A DNA stretch of 20,000 nt. Origin: Candidatus Lindowbacteria bacterium RIFCSPLOWO2_12_FULL_62_27. Lineage in GTDB: Bacteria > Lindowbacteria > 2-12-FULL-62-27. Of this stretch, positions 1-8,412 are shown piece after piece (the first letter of the stretch is position 1; each line of letters starts with the position of its first letter). Under the pieces are notes generated by a model, which had not been told where the DNA came from, did no database searches, and saw only the letters and a list, made by a program, of their open reading frames with translations. Made by a program: the position numbers and the translations under genes. Where the stretch lies: the NCBI GenBank assembly GCA_001784175.1, contig MFPR01000028.1, positions 372,037-392,036 on the forward strand, given 5' to 3'.

Positions 1-830
1 TTGGCCTGCACGCCTCCTTCACCCTCTCGGACCGCACCCTGCGCGAGGTGGGGCGGCGGCTGGCGTCGTTCGACGCGGGCGTGCACGTACACGTGGCCGA
101 GGACCTCGCGGACCGGCGGGCCGCGTTGAAGAAGCACGGGATGGGCGTGGTGGAACGGCTGGATCGCCTCGATCTTCTGTGCGACAAGACCCTTCTGGCC
201 CACTGCATTCACATCACGCCGGCCGAACGCAGGATCATCGCGAGGAAAAAATGCATGGTGGCGCACAATCCGACTTCGAACATGAACAACGCCGTGGGAA
301 CCGCCAACCTTCTGGGTCTTTTGCGGGACGGGGTCCTCGTGGGCCTCGGAACGGACGGCATGCGGTCGAACATGCTGGACGAGGCCAAATTCGCGCCTCT
401 GGCGCACAGGGCCGCGCTCCGGAACCCGGCGGCGGCCTTCCTCGAGTCGGCGGATCTTCTGGTCAAGGGCAATCCGCGCCTCGCCTCGCGGCTCTTCGGC
501 GGCAGGCTGGGCGTGATCGAACCGGGCGCCGCGGCGGACCTCATCCGTCTCGAGTATCACCCGCCGACCCCCTTGACCGACCAGACCTTCTATGGCCACC
601 TGCTGTTTGGCTTGGCCAATGCCCGGGTGCTGGACACGATGGTGGCCGGCCGGTTTCTGATGAAGGGTGGCCGGCTCCGGCTCGGCGTTTCGGAACCCGA
701 CGTTGCCGAGGCGTCCCGGACCCTGGCCCAAAAATTCCGCGCGCGTTTCACCGCCGACCGTGCCCGGCCGGCGTCGGAGACGCATATCCGAGGCGCTGAC
801 CCGGCGTCCCGGAATAAAGTGATATCATGA
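1..830 (+). CDS. ssnA: SsnA-like metal-dependent amidohydrolase (5' end outside the window)
   Basis: The frame is open from base 3 (GLHASFTLSD...). Amidohydrolase motifs: HVHVAE, LAHCIH, HNPTSNMNNAVG, GLGTDG, G-x-I-EPGAAADL, V-x-DTMVAGR. GLHASFTLSD and NNAVG are typical of SsnA, and a YgeY-like gene lies nearby. The stop TGA (828-830) falls inside the palindrome. Confidence 0.85.
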   Translation, partial: GLHASFTLSDRTLREVGRRLASFDAGVHVHVAEDLADRRAALKKHGMGVVERLDRLDLLCDKTLLAHCIHITPAERRIIARKKCMVAHNPTSNMNNAVGTANLLGLLRDGVLVGLGTDGMRSNMLDEAKFAPLAHRAALRNPAAAFLESADLLVKGNPRLASRLFGGRLGVIEPGAAADLIRLEYHPPTPLTDQTFYGHLLFGLANARVLDTMVAGRFLMKGGRLRLGVSEPDVAEASRTLAQKFRARFTADRARPASETHIRGADPASRNKVIS

Positions 831-867
831 TATCATGATAGCTATCATGATATCATGATATCACTTT
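816..867. repeat. Perfect 52-bp palindrome made of tandem TGATATCA units
   Basis: AAAG-TGATATCA-TGATATCA-TGATAGCTATCA-TGATATCA-TGATATCA-CTTT. Checked base by base: 26 consecutive complementary pairs around the 841/842 axis, failing at 815/868. A degenerate copy, TGATTTCACTTT, lies at 869-880. Confidence 0.97.
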
Positions 868-900
868 GTGATTTCACTTTGATGCGGAGAGGAGCCGGGC

Positions 901-2172
901 ATGCTGGACGCGTTGTTTGAGTCGGACCCCGAGCTGGCGAAGATGCTGGTGCGGGAGGCGGTCCGCCAGGACGACCACTTGGAGATGATCGCGTCGGAGA
1001 ATTTCGTGAGCCCGGCCGTCCTCGAGGCGGCGGGGTCGGTGCTGACCAACAAGTACGCCGAAGGGTATCCCGGCCGCCGGTATTACGGCGGCTGCGTGCA
1101 CATCGACGAAGTGGAGCGGCTCGCGCTGGAGCGCGCGAAGAAGGTGTTCGGCTGCGCTTGGGCCAACGTCCAGCCCCACTCGGGCTCCCAGGCGAACATG
1201 GCCGTCTATTTCGCGCTTCTCAATCCCGGCGACTGGATTCTCACGCAGAATCTGGCCCACGGCGGCCATCTGACGCACGGCTCCCCGGTGAATTTCAGCG
1301 GCAAGCTATACAAGGTATTTCATTATGGCGTGTCGCCCGATACCGGCCGGCTCGATTATGATTTCATCCGCAAGCTCGCGCGGGAATACAAGCCGAAACT
1401 GATCCTGGCCGGATGGAGCGCCTATCCCCGGCAGATTGATTTTTCTGTGTTCCGAAACATCGCCGACGAGGCCGGATCGTACCTCATGGTCGACATGGCC
1501 CATTTCGCCGGGCTCGTCGCCGCCAAACTCCATCCCGATCCCCTCCCGCACGCCCACGTCGTCACGACGACCACGCACAAGACCCTGCGCGGGCCCCGCG
1601 CCGGGATGATCCTGTCGAACGACGAGGAGATCGGCAAAAAGATCGACAAGGCGCTTTTCCCAGGGATGCAAGGCGGGCCCCTGTGTCACATTGTCGCCGC
1701 CAAGGCCGCCGCGCTCGGCGAGGCGCTCCGTCCGGAATTCGCGGAGTACCAGAAACGGATTCTCGAAAACGCCCGCGCCTTGGCCGAAGAACTCATCGCC
1801 GGCGGCCTTACCCTGGTGTCCGGCGGCACCGACACGCACCTCGTCCTCGTCGATCTTTCGCCCCGCGGACTTTCCGGGCAGCTCCTCGAGAACGCGCTGG
1901 ACGCGGCCGGCATCACCGTCAACAAAAACGCGGTGCCGTTCGACAAGCGAAAGCCGATGGATCCGAGCGGCATCCGGATCGGCACGCCCGCCGTCACGAC
2001 CCGCGGGATGGGCGCGGCGGACATGCAGAAGATCGCGCGATGGATCTTGAAAGTGGTTGAAAAGCCGGAGGACAATGCTACACTTCGATCAGTGCGAGCC
2101 GACGTGCGCGAGCTTTGCATGCGATTCCCTTTGTATCCGGATATCATACAACGATACAAGGCCAGGGTTTAG
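901..2172 (+). CDS. glyA: Serine hydroxymethyltransferase
   Basis: Canonical motifs [59 protein letters not shown] (PLP lysine), SGGTDTHL and [21 protein letters not shown] at 886-894. Confidence 0.98.
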   Translation: MLDALFESDPELAKMLVREAVRQDDHLEMIASENFVSPAVLEAAGSVLTNKYAEGYPGRRYYGGCVHIDEVERLALERAKKVFGCAWANVQPHSGSQANMAVYFALLNPGDWILTQNLAHGGHLTHGSPVNFSGKLYKVFHYGVSPDTGRLDYDFIRKLAREYKPKLILAGWSAYPRQIDFSVFRNIADEAGSYLMVDMAHFAGLVAAKLHPDPLPHAHVVTTTTHKTLRGPRAGMILSNDEEIGKKIDKALFPGMQGGPLCHIVAAKAAALGEALRPEFAEYQKRILENARALAEELIAGGLTLVSGGTDTHLVLVDLSPRGLSGQLLENALDAAGITVNKNAVPFDKRKPMDPSGIRIGTPAVTTRGMGAADMQKIARWILKVVEKPEDNATLRSVRADVRELCMRFPLYPDIIQRYKARV

Positions 2173-2194
2173 AATAAAGGAAGGCGGGTACGAT

Positions 2195-3547
2195 ATGAAA
2201 TCCCAGAGAAAACCTGTCGTTGGACGGGGAGCTACGAAACAAGTATCTAGACAAGTATTTCTAGAGAGGGCGGAGCATTACCGGGACGACATGGTCCGAT
2301 TCCTCAGGGACCTCATCCGCATTCCGTCCGAAAGCGCGCAGGAGGAGAAGGTGGTCCGGCGGATCCAGCAGGAGATGGAGAAGCTGCAGTACGACGAGGT
2401 CGTGATCGACGGATTCGGCAATATCCGTGGCCGGGTCGGGTCCGGCCGCCGGAAATTCGCGATCGACGCGCACATTGACACCGTCGGCGTGGGCGATCCG
2501 GACACCTGGAAGTGGGACCCGTTCGAGGGCAAGGTCGAAAACGGCATTATCTATGGAAGGGGCGCCTGCGACCAGACCGGCGGCATGGTGAGCGCGACCT
2601 ACGCGGGCCGCATCCTCAAGGACCTCGGGATCGGCGGCGATTATGCGGTGTACATGGTGGGGTCGGTCATGGAGGAGGACTGCGACGGCCTTCCGTGGTT
2701 GTACATTTTGCGCGAAGAGAATCCCGGCATCGAGTGCGTCATCATCACGGAACCGACAAACCTTCAGATTTATCGCGGCCACCGGGGCCGGATGGAGATC
2801 GAGGTCACCACGAAAGGCCTGTCCTGTCACGGCAGCGCGCCGGAACGCGGCGTCAACGCCGTCTACAAGATGGCGCCGGTCGTCAAGGAGATCGAATCGC
2901 TCAACACCCGCCTTCGGCACGACGATTTTCTCGGCAAGGGCACCGTGACCATCAGCGACATCCGCGCGACCTCCCCCTCGCTCTGCGCCGTCGCCGACAG
3001 TTGCACCATCCATCTGGACCGCCGCCTCACCGCCGGCGAAACGAAGGCCCTGGCGGTGTCGGAGGTCAAGGACGCCGCGCGCCGCGCGGGCATTCCGGAC
3101 GCCCAGGTCCGCATTCTCGAATATCAGCGGCCCACGTGGACGAAGAAGGTCTACCCGATGGAGAAGTACTATCCGACGTGGGTCCTTCGGGAGGACCATC
3201 CGCTGATCGTGTGCGCCGCCGAGGCGTACCAGCGGGCGTTGGGCGAGCGGGCGAAGATCGGCAAGTGGACGTTCAGCACGAACGGCGTGGCGGTGGCGGG
3301 CCTCTGCGGCGTCCCCTGTTTCGGGTTCGGCCCGGCCGAGGAGAGCACCGCGCACAGTCCCATGGACCAGTGCCCGATCGACCATCTCGTCAAGGCCGCC
3401 GCCTTTTACGCATCGTTTGTTCCGACCTATGTCGAAACCACGCGCCGTGACCAGATCCGCCTGGACGACGCCAGGCCAAAAGTCAAAAAGTCAAGAGCGG
3501 CACTTTCTGCACGCTCCGTACGCTCCGTAACGCGGTCGGGGCGGTAA
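2195..3547 (+). CDS. ygeY: YgeY-like M20/M25/M40 family metallo-hydrolase
   Basis: M20 motifs DAHIDTVG, GRGACDQ, MEEDCDG, ITEP, GHRGR, CHGSAPERG, SPSLCAVAD and WTFSTNGV, plus a C-terminal metal-ligand His (AHSP). Start reassigned from 2057 to ATG 2195, which follows AAGGAAGG and avoids the overlap with glyA. Confidence 0.88.
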   Translation: MKSQRKPVVGRGATKQVSRQVFLERAEHYRDDMVRFLRDLIRIPSESAQEEKVVRRIQQEMEKLQYDEVVIDGFGNIRGRVGSGRRKFAIDAHIDTVGVGDPDTWKWDPFEGKVENGIIYGRGACDQTGGMVSATYAGRILKDLGIGGDYAVYMVGSVMEEDCDGLPWLYILREENPGIECVIITEPTNLQIYRGHRGRMEIEVTTKGLSCHGSAPERGVNAVYKMAPVVKEIESLNTRLRHDDFLGKGTVTISDIRATSPSLCAVADSCTIHLDRRLTAGETKALAVSEVKDAARRAGIPDAQVRILEYQRPTWTKKVYPMEKYYPTWVLREDHPLIVCAAEAYQRALGERAKIGKWTFSTNGVAVAGLCGVPCFGFGPAEESTAHSPMDQCPIDHLVKAAAFYASFVPTYVETTRRDQIRLDDARPKVKKSRAALSARSVRSVTRSGR

Positions 3548-3558
3548 TTGAGTTCACC

Positions 3559-4035
3559 ATGCCGCTAAATGATGTGCTGGAGGCGAAGGTCAAGCTGGTG
3601 GGCCTGGACGCCGCGAAGCGTCCGGTCGTGATCCTGGACTGCGGCGAGCGGGTCCTGCCGATCTGGGTGGGCAATTTCGAAGCGATGGCCATCAGTTCCG
3701 TCCTGTCGGGTTCGACTCCGCCGCGTCCCATGACGCATGACACCGCCATTAACATCATCCGCGCCTTTTCCTCCAAGCTCGACCGCGCGGTCGTGCACAA
3801 GCTTGAGAACAACACCTTTTTCGCCCGGCTCTATGTCAAGCGGCACGACGAGGAGACGCAGCACATCAAGGTCGTGGAGATCGACTGCCGGCCCAGCGAC
3901 GCCATCGCGTTGTCGCTGCGGATGGAGGCCCCGATCTTCGTGAGCCGAGCCGTCCTCGACGCCGCCGGCGTCAAGAACCTGAAAGTGGACCGCGGCTCCG
4001 GCGACGACGCGGCGCCGCCGGAAGAGGAACAGTAG
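3559..4035 (+). CDS. Bifunctional nuclease family (DUF151) protein
   Basis: Family signatures VLPIWVGNFEAMAI, PPRPMTHD, NTFFARL and IDCRPSDAIALSLR...PIFV; 158 aa. Confidence 0.92.
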   Translation: MPLNDVLEAKVKLVGLDAAKRPVVILDCGERVLPIWVGNFEAMAISSVLSGSTPPRPMTHDTAINIIRAFSSKLDRAVVHKLENNTFFARLYVKRHDEETQHIKVVEIDCRPSDAIALSLRMEAPIFVSRAVLDAAGVKNLKVDRGSGDDAAPPEEEQ

Positions 4036-4042
4036 CAGCCGC

Positions 4043-4921
4043 GTGATCGAGCGGTATTACCAAAAAGAGCCGTATCTCCCGCTTCAGCCAACGCTCCGGA
4101 AAAAACTGCAGGCCATCATGGACTCAAAGGAGGCCCAGGAGGTCCGCCGCGCGGCCATGGAGGAGGCCATCCATGCCTTTCCGCTTCTGGCCTTCAATCT
4201 GCTCAAGCTTGTGAACTCGTCGGTCTTCAATCTGAAAACCAAGGTGACCGTGCTCAAGCAGGCCGCGTCCCTGCCCACCTTTGATCTGTTCAAAGACATG
4301 ATTCAGCGCACGCCCGAGTATCCGCCCGATCTGGAGCCGGTCATGACCTTGAACCGGTTCGAGGAACATTCCCGCGCCACCGCCCTGACCGTGCAGCTTT
4401 TGGCGACGCTCGGCCGGCGGTTCAGCACGACCGACCGCGAGCGGCTCTTTACCGCCGCGCTTCTGCACGACATCGGCCGGATTTTCCTTGTGATGTCCGA
4501 CCCGGACGGATACCGGAACATCCAGAAGGACGCGGGGGGATCGGGCTCCGTCGTCGAATCGGAGCGAAAATATTTCGGGACCGACCATGCGACGCTCTCG
4601 GCCCTGGCGGTCGAGCAGATCGGCATTGCCGACCCGCTGGTCCTGGACGCCATCCGCCGTCACCACGAAATCCCGACCGGCGCCTCCATCCTGGTCGCCT
4701 ATGCGGACCGGCTGGTCAAGCGATTCGGGATCGGGCCGTCCGAAGGCGGCGCCATGAGCGAGTCTGCCGCCCACGACGAGGCGCGCCTCAAGGTGGCGCT
4801 GGAGGAGACGGTTCAAATGACCGTAGGCGAGATCATGATGCACGTTCTTTCGGAGGTCGACACACTGATGTCTTCGGGCCTGGCGCAATTCAAAAGCCTC
4901 ACGGCATCGATGAGCATATGA
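4043..4921 (+). CDS. HDOD domain-containing protein
   Basis: LLKLVNSSVF...V..LKQA, HSRATA, FTAALLHDIGRIFL, ERKYFGTDHA and AIRRHH match the HDOD/HD pattern. GTG start 7 nt after the DUF151 stop. Confidence 0.88.
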   Translation: MIERYYQKEPYLPLQPTLRKKLQAIMDSKEAQEVRRAAMEEAIHAFPLLAFNLLKLVNSSVFNLKTKVTVLKQAASLPTFDLFKDMIQRTPEYPPDLEPVMTLNRFEEHSRATALTVQLLATLGRRFSTTDRERLFTAALLHDIGRIFLVMSDPDGYRNIQKDAGGSGSVVESERKYFGTDHATLSALAVEQIGIADPLVLDAIRRHHEIPTGASILVAYADRLVKRFGIGPSEGGAMSESAAHDEARLKVALEETVQMTVGEIMMHVLSEVDTLMSSGLAQFKSLTASMSI

Positions 4922-5982
4922 ACCCTCCTTCCTCCCGGCCGTCGTCGGAGACGCCGGCACTTGGGGCGCCGGAGGCGCTGACCCGGGCGCGCCTTCGGTT
5001 CATGTTCGCTGCTGTTCTGTCCCTCCTCGCGGTCCAGGCCTGCTCGACCCACGAGCTTCCGCCCGGCGGCGTGGCCTTCGGCCGGGTCCACCGGCTGGGC
5101 ATTGTGCCGTGGGTGATGGACGCGCACCAGAAAAAAGTGGTGGACGCCTTTTTGGAGGCGCTGGCGCAGGCGGGCTATTCGTCGAACACGAATCTGGAAG
5201 TGAAAATTCTGGACGCGGGCGGAAGCGTCCGCGCGCAGGAGCAGAACTTGCGGGACCTCCTCCTGTGGCCTTCCGACCTGATTTTTTCCCTTTCGGCCGA
5301 AGGCACGCTGATGGCGAAATCCCAGGCTTCTGCGATCCCGGTCGTTTTCAGCGGAATCAGTTATCCGATGGAGATGGGTCTGGTGGAGCGCCTGGAGTTT
5401 TCATCCAACCAGATGGTGGGCATCAAGTGTTATGTGCCGGTGGAGGAGCAACTGGCGTTCCTCCTGCGCCTGATTCCCGGCGAGGTCCGGCGGCTGGGCG
5501 TGTGCCTGAAGGCGGGGGACCGGGACTCGAAGATTCTGCTGAAAGAAATCCGGGACCTGGCCGTCAAGCAGGGCATGGAGGTCATGCGGATCGAGGCGAC
5601 CGACGCGACGAGCCTGATGCGCACCCTCGCGGAGGCCGGGCCGCCGGCGGACGCCTTTTATCTGGCCTGCGACGATTTCCTCCAAGGCGAGGGCGCCCGG
5701 CTGGTGATCGACCACGCCACGCGGCGGGGCATTCCGGTCATGTCCTGCGGCCAGCGCGCGGTGGAGCGGGGCGCGCTGGCCGGCGCCGTCGTGGACGAAG
5801 AGGCGGCGGCTCGGATGGCCGCGGCACAGGCCGCACAGATTCTGGGCGGCCGCACGCCCACGTCCCTCCAGACGCTCACCGCCAGTCCGCCGAAGCTCAT
5901 GGTGAACCGGTCCGCGGCGAGAAGTTTGGGTCTTCGGATTCCGCCGACGTTTCTGGGCGAAAACGTATTTATATATGAATAG
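4918..5982 (+). CDS. ABC-transporter-type substrate-binding protein (ABC_sub_bind-like), probable lipoprotein
   Basis: Hydrophobic signal ending LAVQAC (lipobox-like). Motifs IPVVFSGISYP..MGLV, AVERGALAG, AAQILGGRTP and LMVNRSAARSLGLRIP. ATGA overlap with the HDOD stop. Confidence 0.82.
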   Translation: MNPPSSRPSSETPALGAPEALTRARLRFMFAAVLSLLAVQACSTHELPPGGVAFGRVHRLGIVPWVMDAHQKKVVDAFLEALAQAGYSSNTNLEVKILDAGGSVRAQEQNLRDLLLWPSDLIFSLSAEGTLMAKSQASAIPVVFSGISYPMEMGLVERLEFSSNQMVGIKCYVPVEEQLAFLLRLIPGEVRRLGVCLKAGDRDSKILLKEIRDLAVKQGMEVMRIEATDATSLMRTLAEAGPPADAFYLACDDFLQGEGARLVIDHATRRGIPVMSCGQRAVERGALAGAVVDEEAAARMAAAQAAQILGGRTPTSLQTLTASPPKLMVNRSAARSLGLRIPPTFLGENVFIYE

Positions 5983-5985
5983 GCC

Positions 5986-8199
5986 ATGCTGACGGATCTG
6001 ACGAGGGCCAAGTCGTTCCGGTCGCGGGCGCTGTCGTTCTGGGTGCCGGTGGTGATTCTGGAGGCGATCGTCGCGGTGTTTCTGGCCGACTATGTGGCGC
6101 GCAAGGGATTGAACGAGCGGATCGAGTCGAGCCTGACGGAGGACGCGAAACTCCGGAGCATCGCGGTCATTCGGGCGCTGGACGAGGTAGAGGAGAAAGC
6201 GCGGCGGCTGGCGATTCATCCGGGCATCCGCCGCAGTCTGGCCGGCCGGGACCGCCTGACGACCTTTTTGCTGCTGACGGAAAACGTCCGGATTTTTCCG
6301 ATCGGCACGCGTCTTGCGGCCATCGACATGCGCGGGGCGCCGGCGGGGGAGGCGACGCACGAAGTAAGCGAAGTGGCCGCGACCGCGCGGAGCCGGCATG
6401 AGGAGGGTCTGCCGATGGTAAGCCAGGAGCAGGTCTTCGTGAAGGAAGTCGGGATCAGTTATGTTCTTCCGATTCTCTCCGGCGCCGACGTCGTCGGCAA
6501 TCTCCTCGTGGACGTTCCGTGGTCGCATGTGGGCGTCGGCCTGAACCTCGGCGGCCCGAGGGATTACCTTCTGGCGGCGGACGGCAAGGTGCGGATCGCA
6601 TCGCGTCGCGCGCACGCGCAGGCCTGGGAATCGGCGCATCGTCCGGCCGCATCTCCGGCGTCGAGTGGCGAGATTTCGGAGCTTTTCAATCTGGAGAGCG
6701 ACCTTGCGGTGAGCCGGTCCTTCCGGAGCGGCGACGTGAATCTCGAGATCGTGAGCGTGGCGCTGGCGTCGGAGGTCGAAATTCCGCTGGCGGCCTTGCG
6801 GCGGGACCTGATGATCGCGTTCGGGTTTCTGGGCCTGGCGATTCTGGCGGTGACCGTCTACCTCACGAGGCTTCTGTCCCGGCCTCTTGCGGAGATCGAC
6901 CGGCAGGTCCAGGAGATGGCGCGCGCGGGCGGCATGGAATCGCGGCGCGTGAAGGAGGGCGGGACGGCCGAGACCGCGTCGCTGGCACGGAGTTTCAACG
7001 AATTCATCATCCAGATTCAGCGCGCGCGCGATAACGAGGCCCGGCTGCTTCAGCAGCTCGCCCTGCGCGAAAAAATGGCGGGCCTCGGCACGCTGGCGGG
7101 CGGCGTCGCGCACGAGTTCAACAACGCGCTCGGCGGCATCGTATCGAACGTCGAAAGCGCCCTGCACGACGTGAGCGACCCGTCGGTCCGGGAGGACCTG
7201 GAGCTCGTGCGCAAGGTGGCGCTGCGGGCGAGCGCGATCGCGAAAAATCTGCTGGGATTCGCGCGCCAGGCGCCGGGGACCGAGGCGACGCCGGGCAACA
7301 TCATCGAGGTTCTCGAGGACACGCTGAACATCGTCAAGCAGATTTTCGCGGCCGACGGCATGAACCTCGTGAAAAAATTCGAGCCGGCGCCCGCGCTCAA
7401 GTTCGACCGCGGCCAGATGCAGCAGGTATTTCTGAATCTCCTGACGAACGCGCGCCAGGCGATGCGCCGGGGAGACACGCTGACGGTGAGTGTGCGTGAG
7501 GCCGGTCGGCCGGTCGGGGGCCGGGAGCGGCGGATGGTGGAGATCGCGTTCACGGACACCGGCGTCGGAATTCCGGAGGAGAATCTCAGCAAGATATTTG
7601 AGCCGTTCTTCACGACCAAAGGCGCGCTGGGCGGCGGGGAGACGCCGGGGACAGGGCTGGGCCTGTCGGTGTCGCACACGATCCTTCGCAACCACGGCGG
7701 CGACATCACGGTCACGAGCAAACCGGGCGCGGGAACGACCGTGAGCGTGCAGTTGCCGGTGGACGAGACCGTGGTGCGGGTGGCGCCGGCGGTGAAGACG
7801 GCGCCGGCCCCAAAAATCCGGCGGGAGAAACTGAAGATCCTGGTCGTGGACGACGAGGACTCGATCCGGGCCTCGTTGGCCAAGACGCTGCGCCGGATGA
7901 ACCATGAGGTGGACGCGGCGCCGAACGGTCATGCGGCGGTGCGGATGGTGGAGACGGAGGAGTACGATCTGGTGTTTCTGGATCTACTCATGCCGGACAT
8001 GGACGGGTTTGGAGTTTTCAGTCAGATGAAGGAGGCGGTGGAGGAGGGCCGGCGGCCGAGAGTGGTATTCATGACGGGCGCGCCGACGCCGCAGAATCTG
8101 GAGCGTGCGAGTTCGTTGGGGGCGCTGGGCATCATGGAGAAACCGTTCGTGGTGGAGAGCATCACGGACTTCATCGACCGTACGCTGGCGAGCGTGTAA
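5986..8199 (+). CDS. Membrane hybrid sensor histidine kinase (TM-periplasmic-TM-HAMP-HisKA-HATPase-REC)
   Basis: Two TM segments (FWVPVVILEAIVAVFLA; LMIAFGFLGLAILAVTVYL). H-box LAGGVAHEFNNAL, N-box QQVFLNLLTNA, G1 DTGVGI, F-box FEPFFTTK, G2 GTGLGL. Receiver ILVVDDE...LDLLMPDMDG...EKPF. Confidence 0.95.
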   Translation: MLTDLTRAKSFRSRALSFWVPVVILEAIVAVFLADYVARKGLNERIESSLTEDAKLRSIAVIRALDEVEEKARRLAIHPGIRRSLAGRDRLTTFLLLTENVRIFPIGTRLAAIDMRGAPAGEATHEVSEVAATARSRHEEGLPMVSQEQVFVKEVGISYVLPILSGADVVGNLLVDVPWSHVGVGLNLGGPRDYLLAADGKVRIASRRAHAQAWESAHRPAASPASSGEISELFNLESDLAVSRSFRSGDVNLEIVSVALASEVEIPLAALRRDLMIAFGFLGLAILAVTVYLTRLLSRPLAEIDRQVQEMARAGGMESRRVKEGGTAETASLARSFNEFIIQIQRARDNEARLLQQLALREKMAGLGTLAGGVAHEFNNALGGIVSNVESALHDVSDPSVREDLELVRKVALRASAIAKNLLGFARQAPGTEATPGNIIEVLEDTLNIVKQIFAADGMNLVKKFEPAPALKFDRGQMQQVFLNLLTNARQAMRRGDTLTVSVREAGRPVGGRERRMVEIAFTDTGVGIPEENLSKIFEPFFTTKGALGGGETPGTGLGLSVSHTILRNHGGDITVTSKPGAGTTVSVQLPVDETVVRVAPAVKTAPAPKIRREKLKILVVDDEDSIRASLAKTLRRMNHEVDAAPNGHAAVRMVETEEYDLVFLDLLMPDMDGFGVFSQMKEAVEEGRRPRVVFMTGAPTPQNLERASSLGALGIMEKPFVVESITDFIDRTLASV

Positions 8200-8239
8200 A
8201 GTCTAACCAACACAATAATAAGCTATTACACCACATTTG

Positions 8240-8279
8240 AAAAAAACTATTGACGATGGGCGCCGACCTGTGAGATAGT
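8240..8279 (+). promoter_or_regulatory. Possible sigma70-type promoter for the Kelch gene
   Basis: An A-tract precedes TTGACG (8250-8255), followed by TG-A-GATAGT (8271-8279) in an AT-rich intergenic gap. The -10 match is weak. Confidence 0.3.
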
Positions 8280-8412
8280 GTGGGCACTCGGGCGGAGGCG
8301 GATCGCCCGTTTGATTGGGTGTTCTTTCAAAGTCGCATACGGAGACAAAGGCCGAAGGCGGCCAAGGGGAACGGACGCGGGGTGGGTGTCCGAATCCAAG
8401 GGGGTGAGGGTG

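Noticed and set aside
816-867. Palindrome as an intrinsic terminator or as the actual end of a linear replicon
   Set aside because: It is AT-rich, loop-less and has only a 3-T tail, unlike a typical terminator. Symmetry stops after 26 bp and unique genes continue on both sides, so it is not a mirrored contig end.
2057-2194. Longer ORF-track starts (2057; likewise 8278 and 11397)
   Set aside because: They overlap glyA or promoter regions and lack an SD. The downstream ATGs at 2195, 8413 and 11454 have better RBS and domain boundaries.
5401-7932. 843-aa antisense ORF (also 2261-3385 and 4124-4960)
   Set aside because: These lie opposite well-supported genes and have Arg-rich, motif-free translations typical of high-GC antisense frames.
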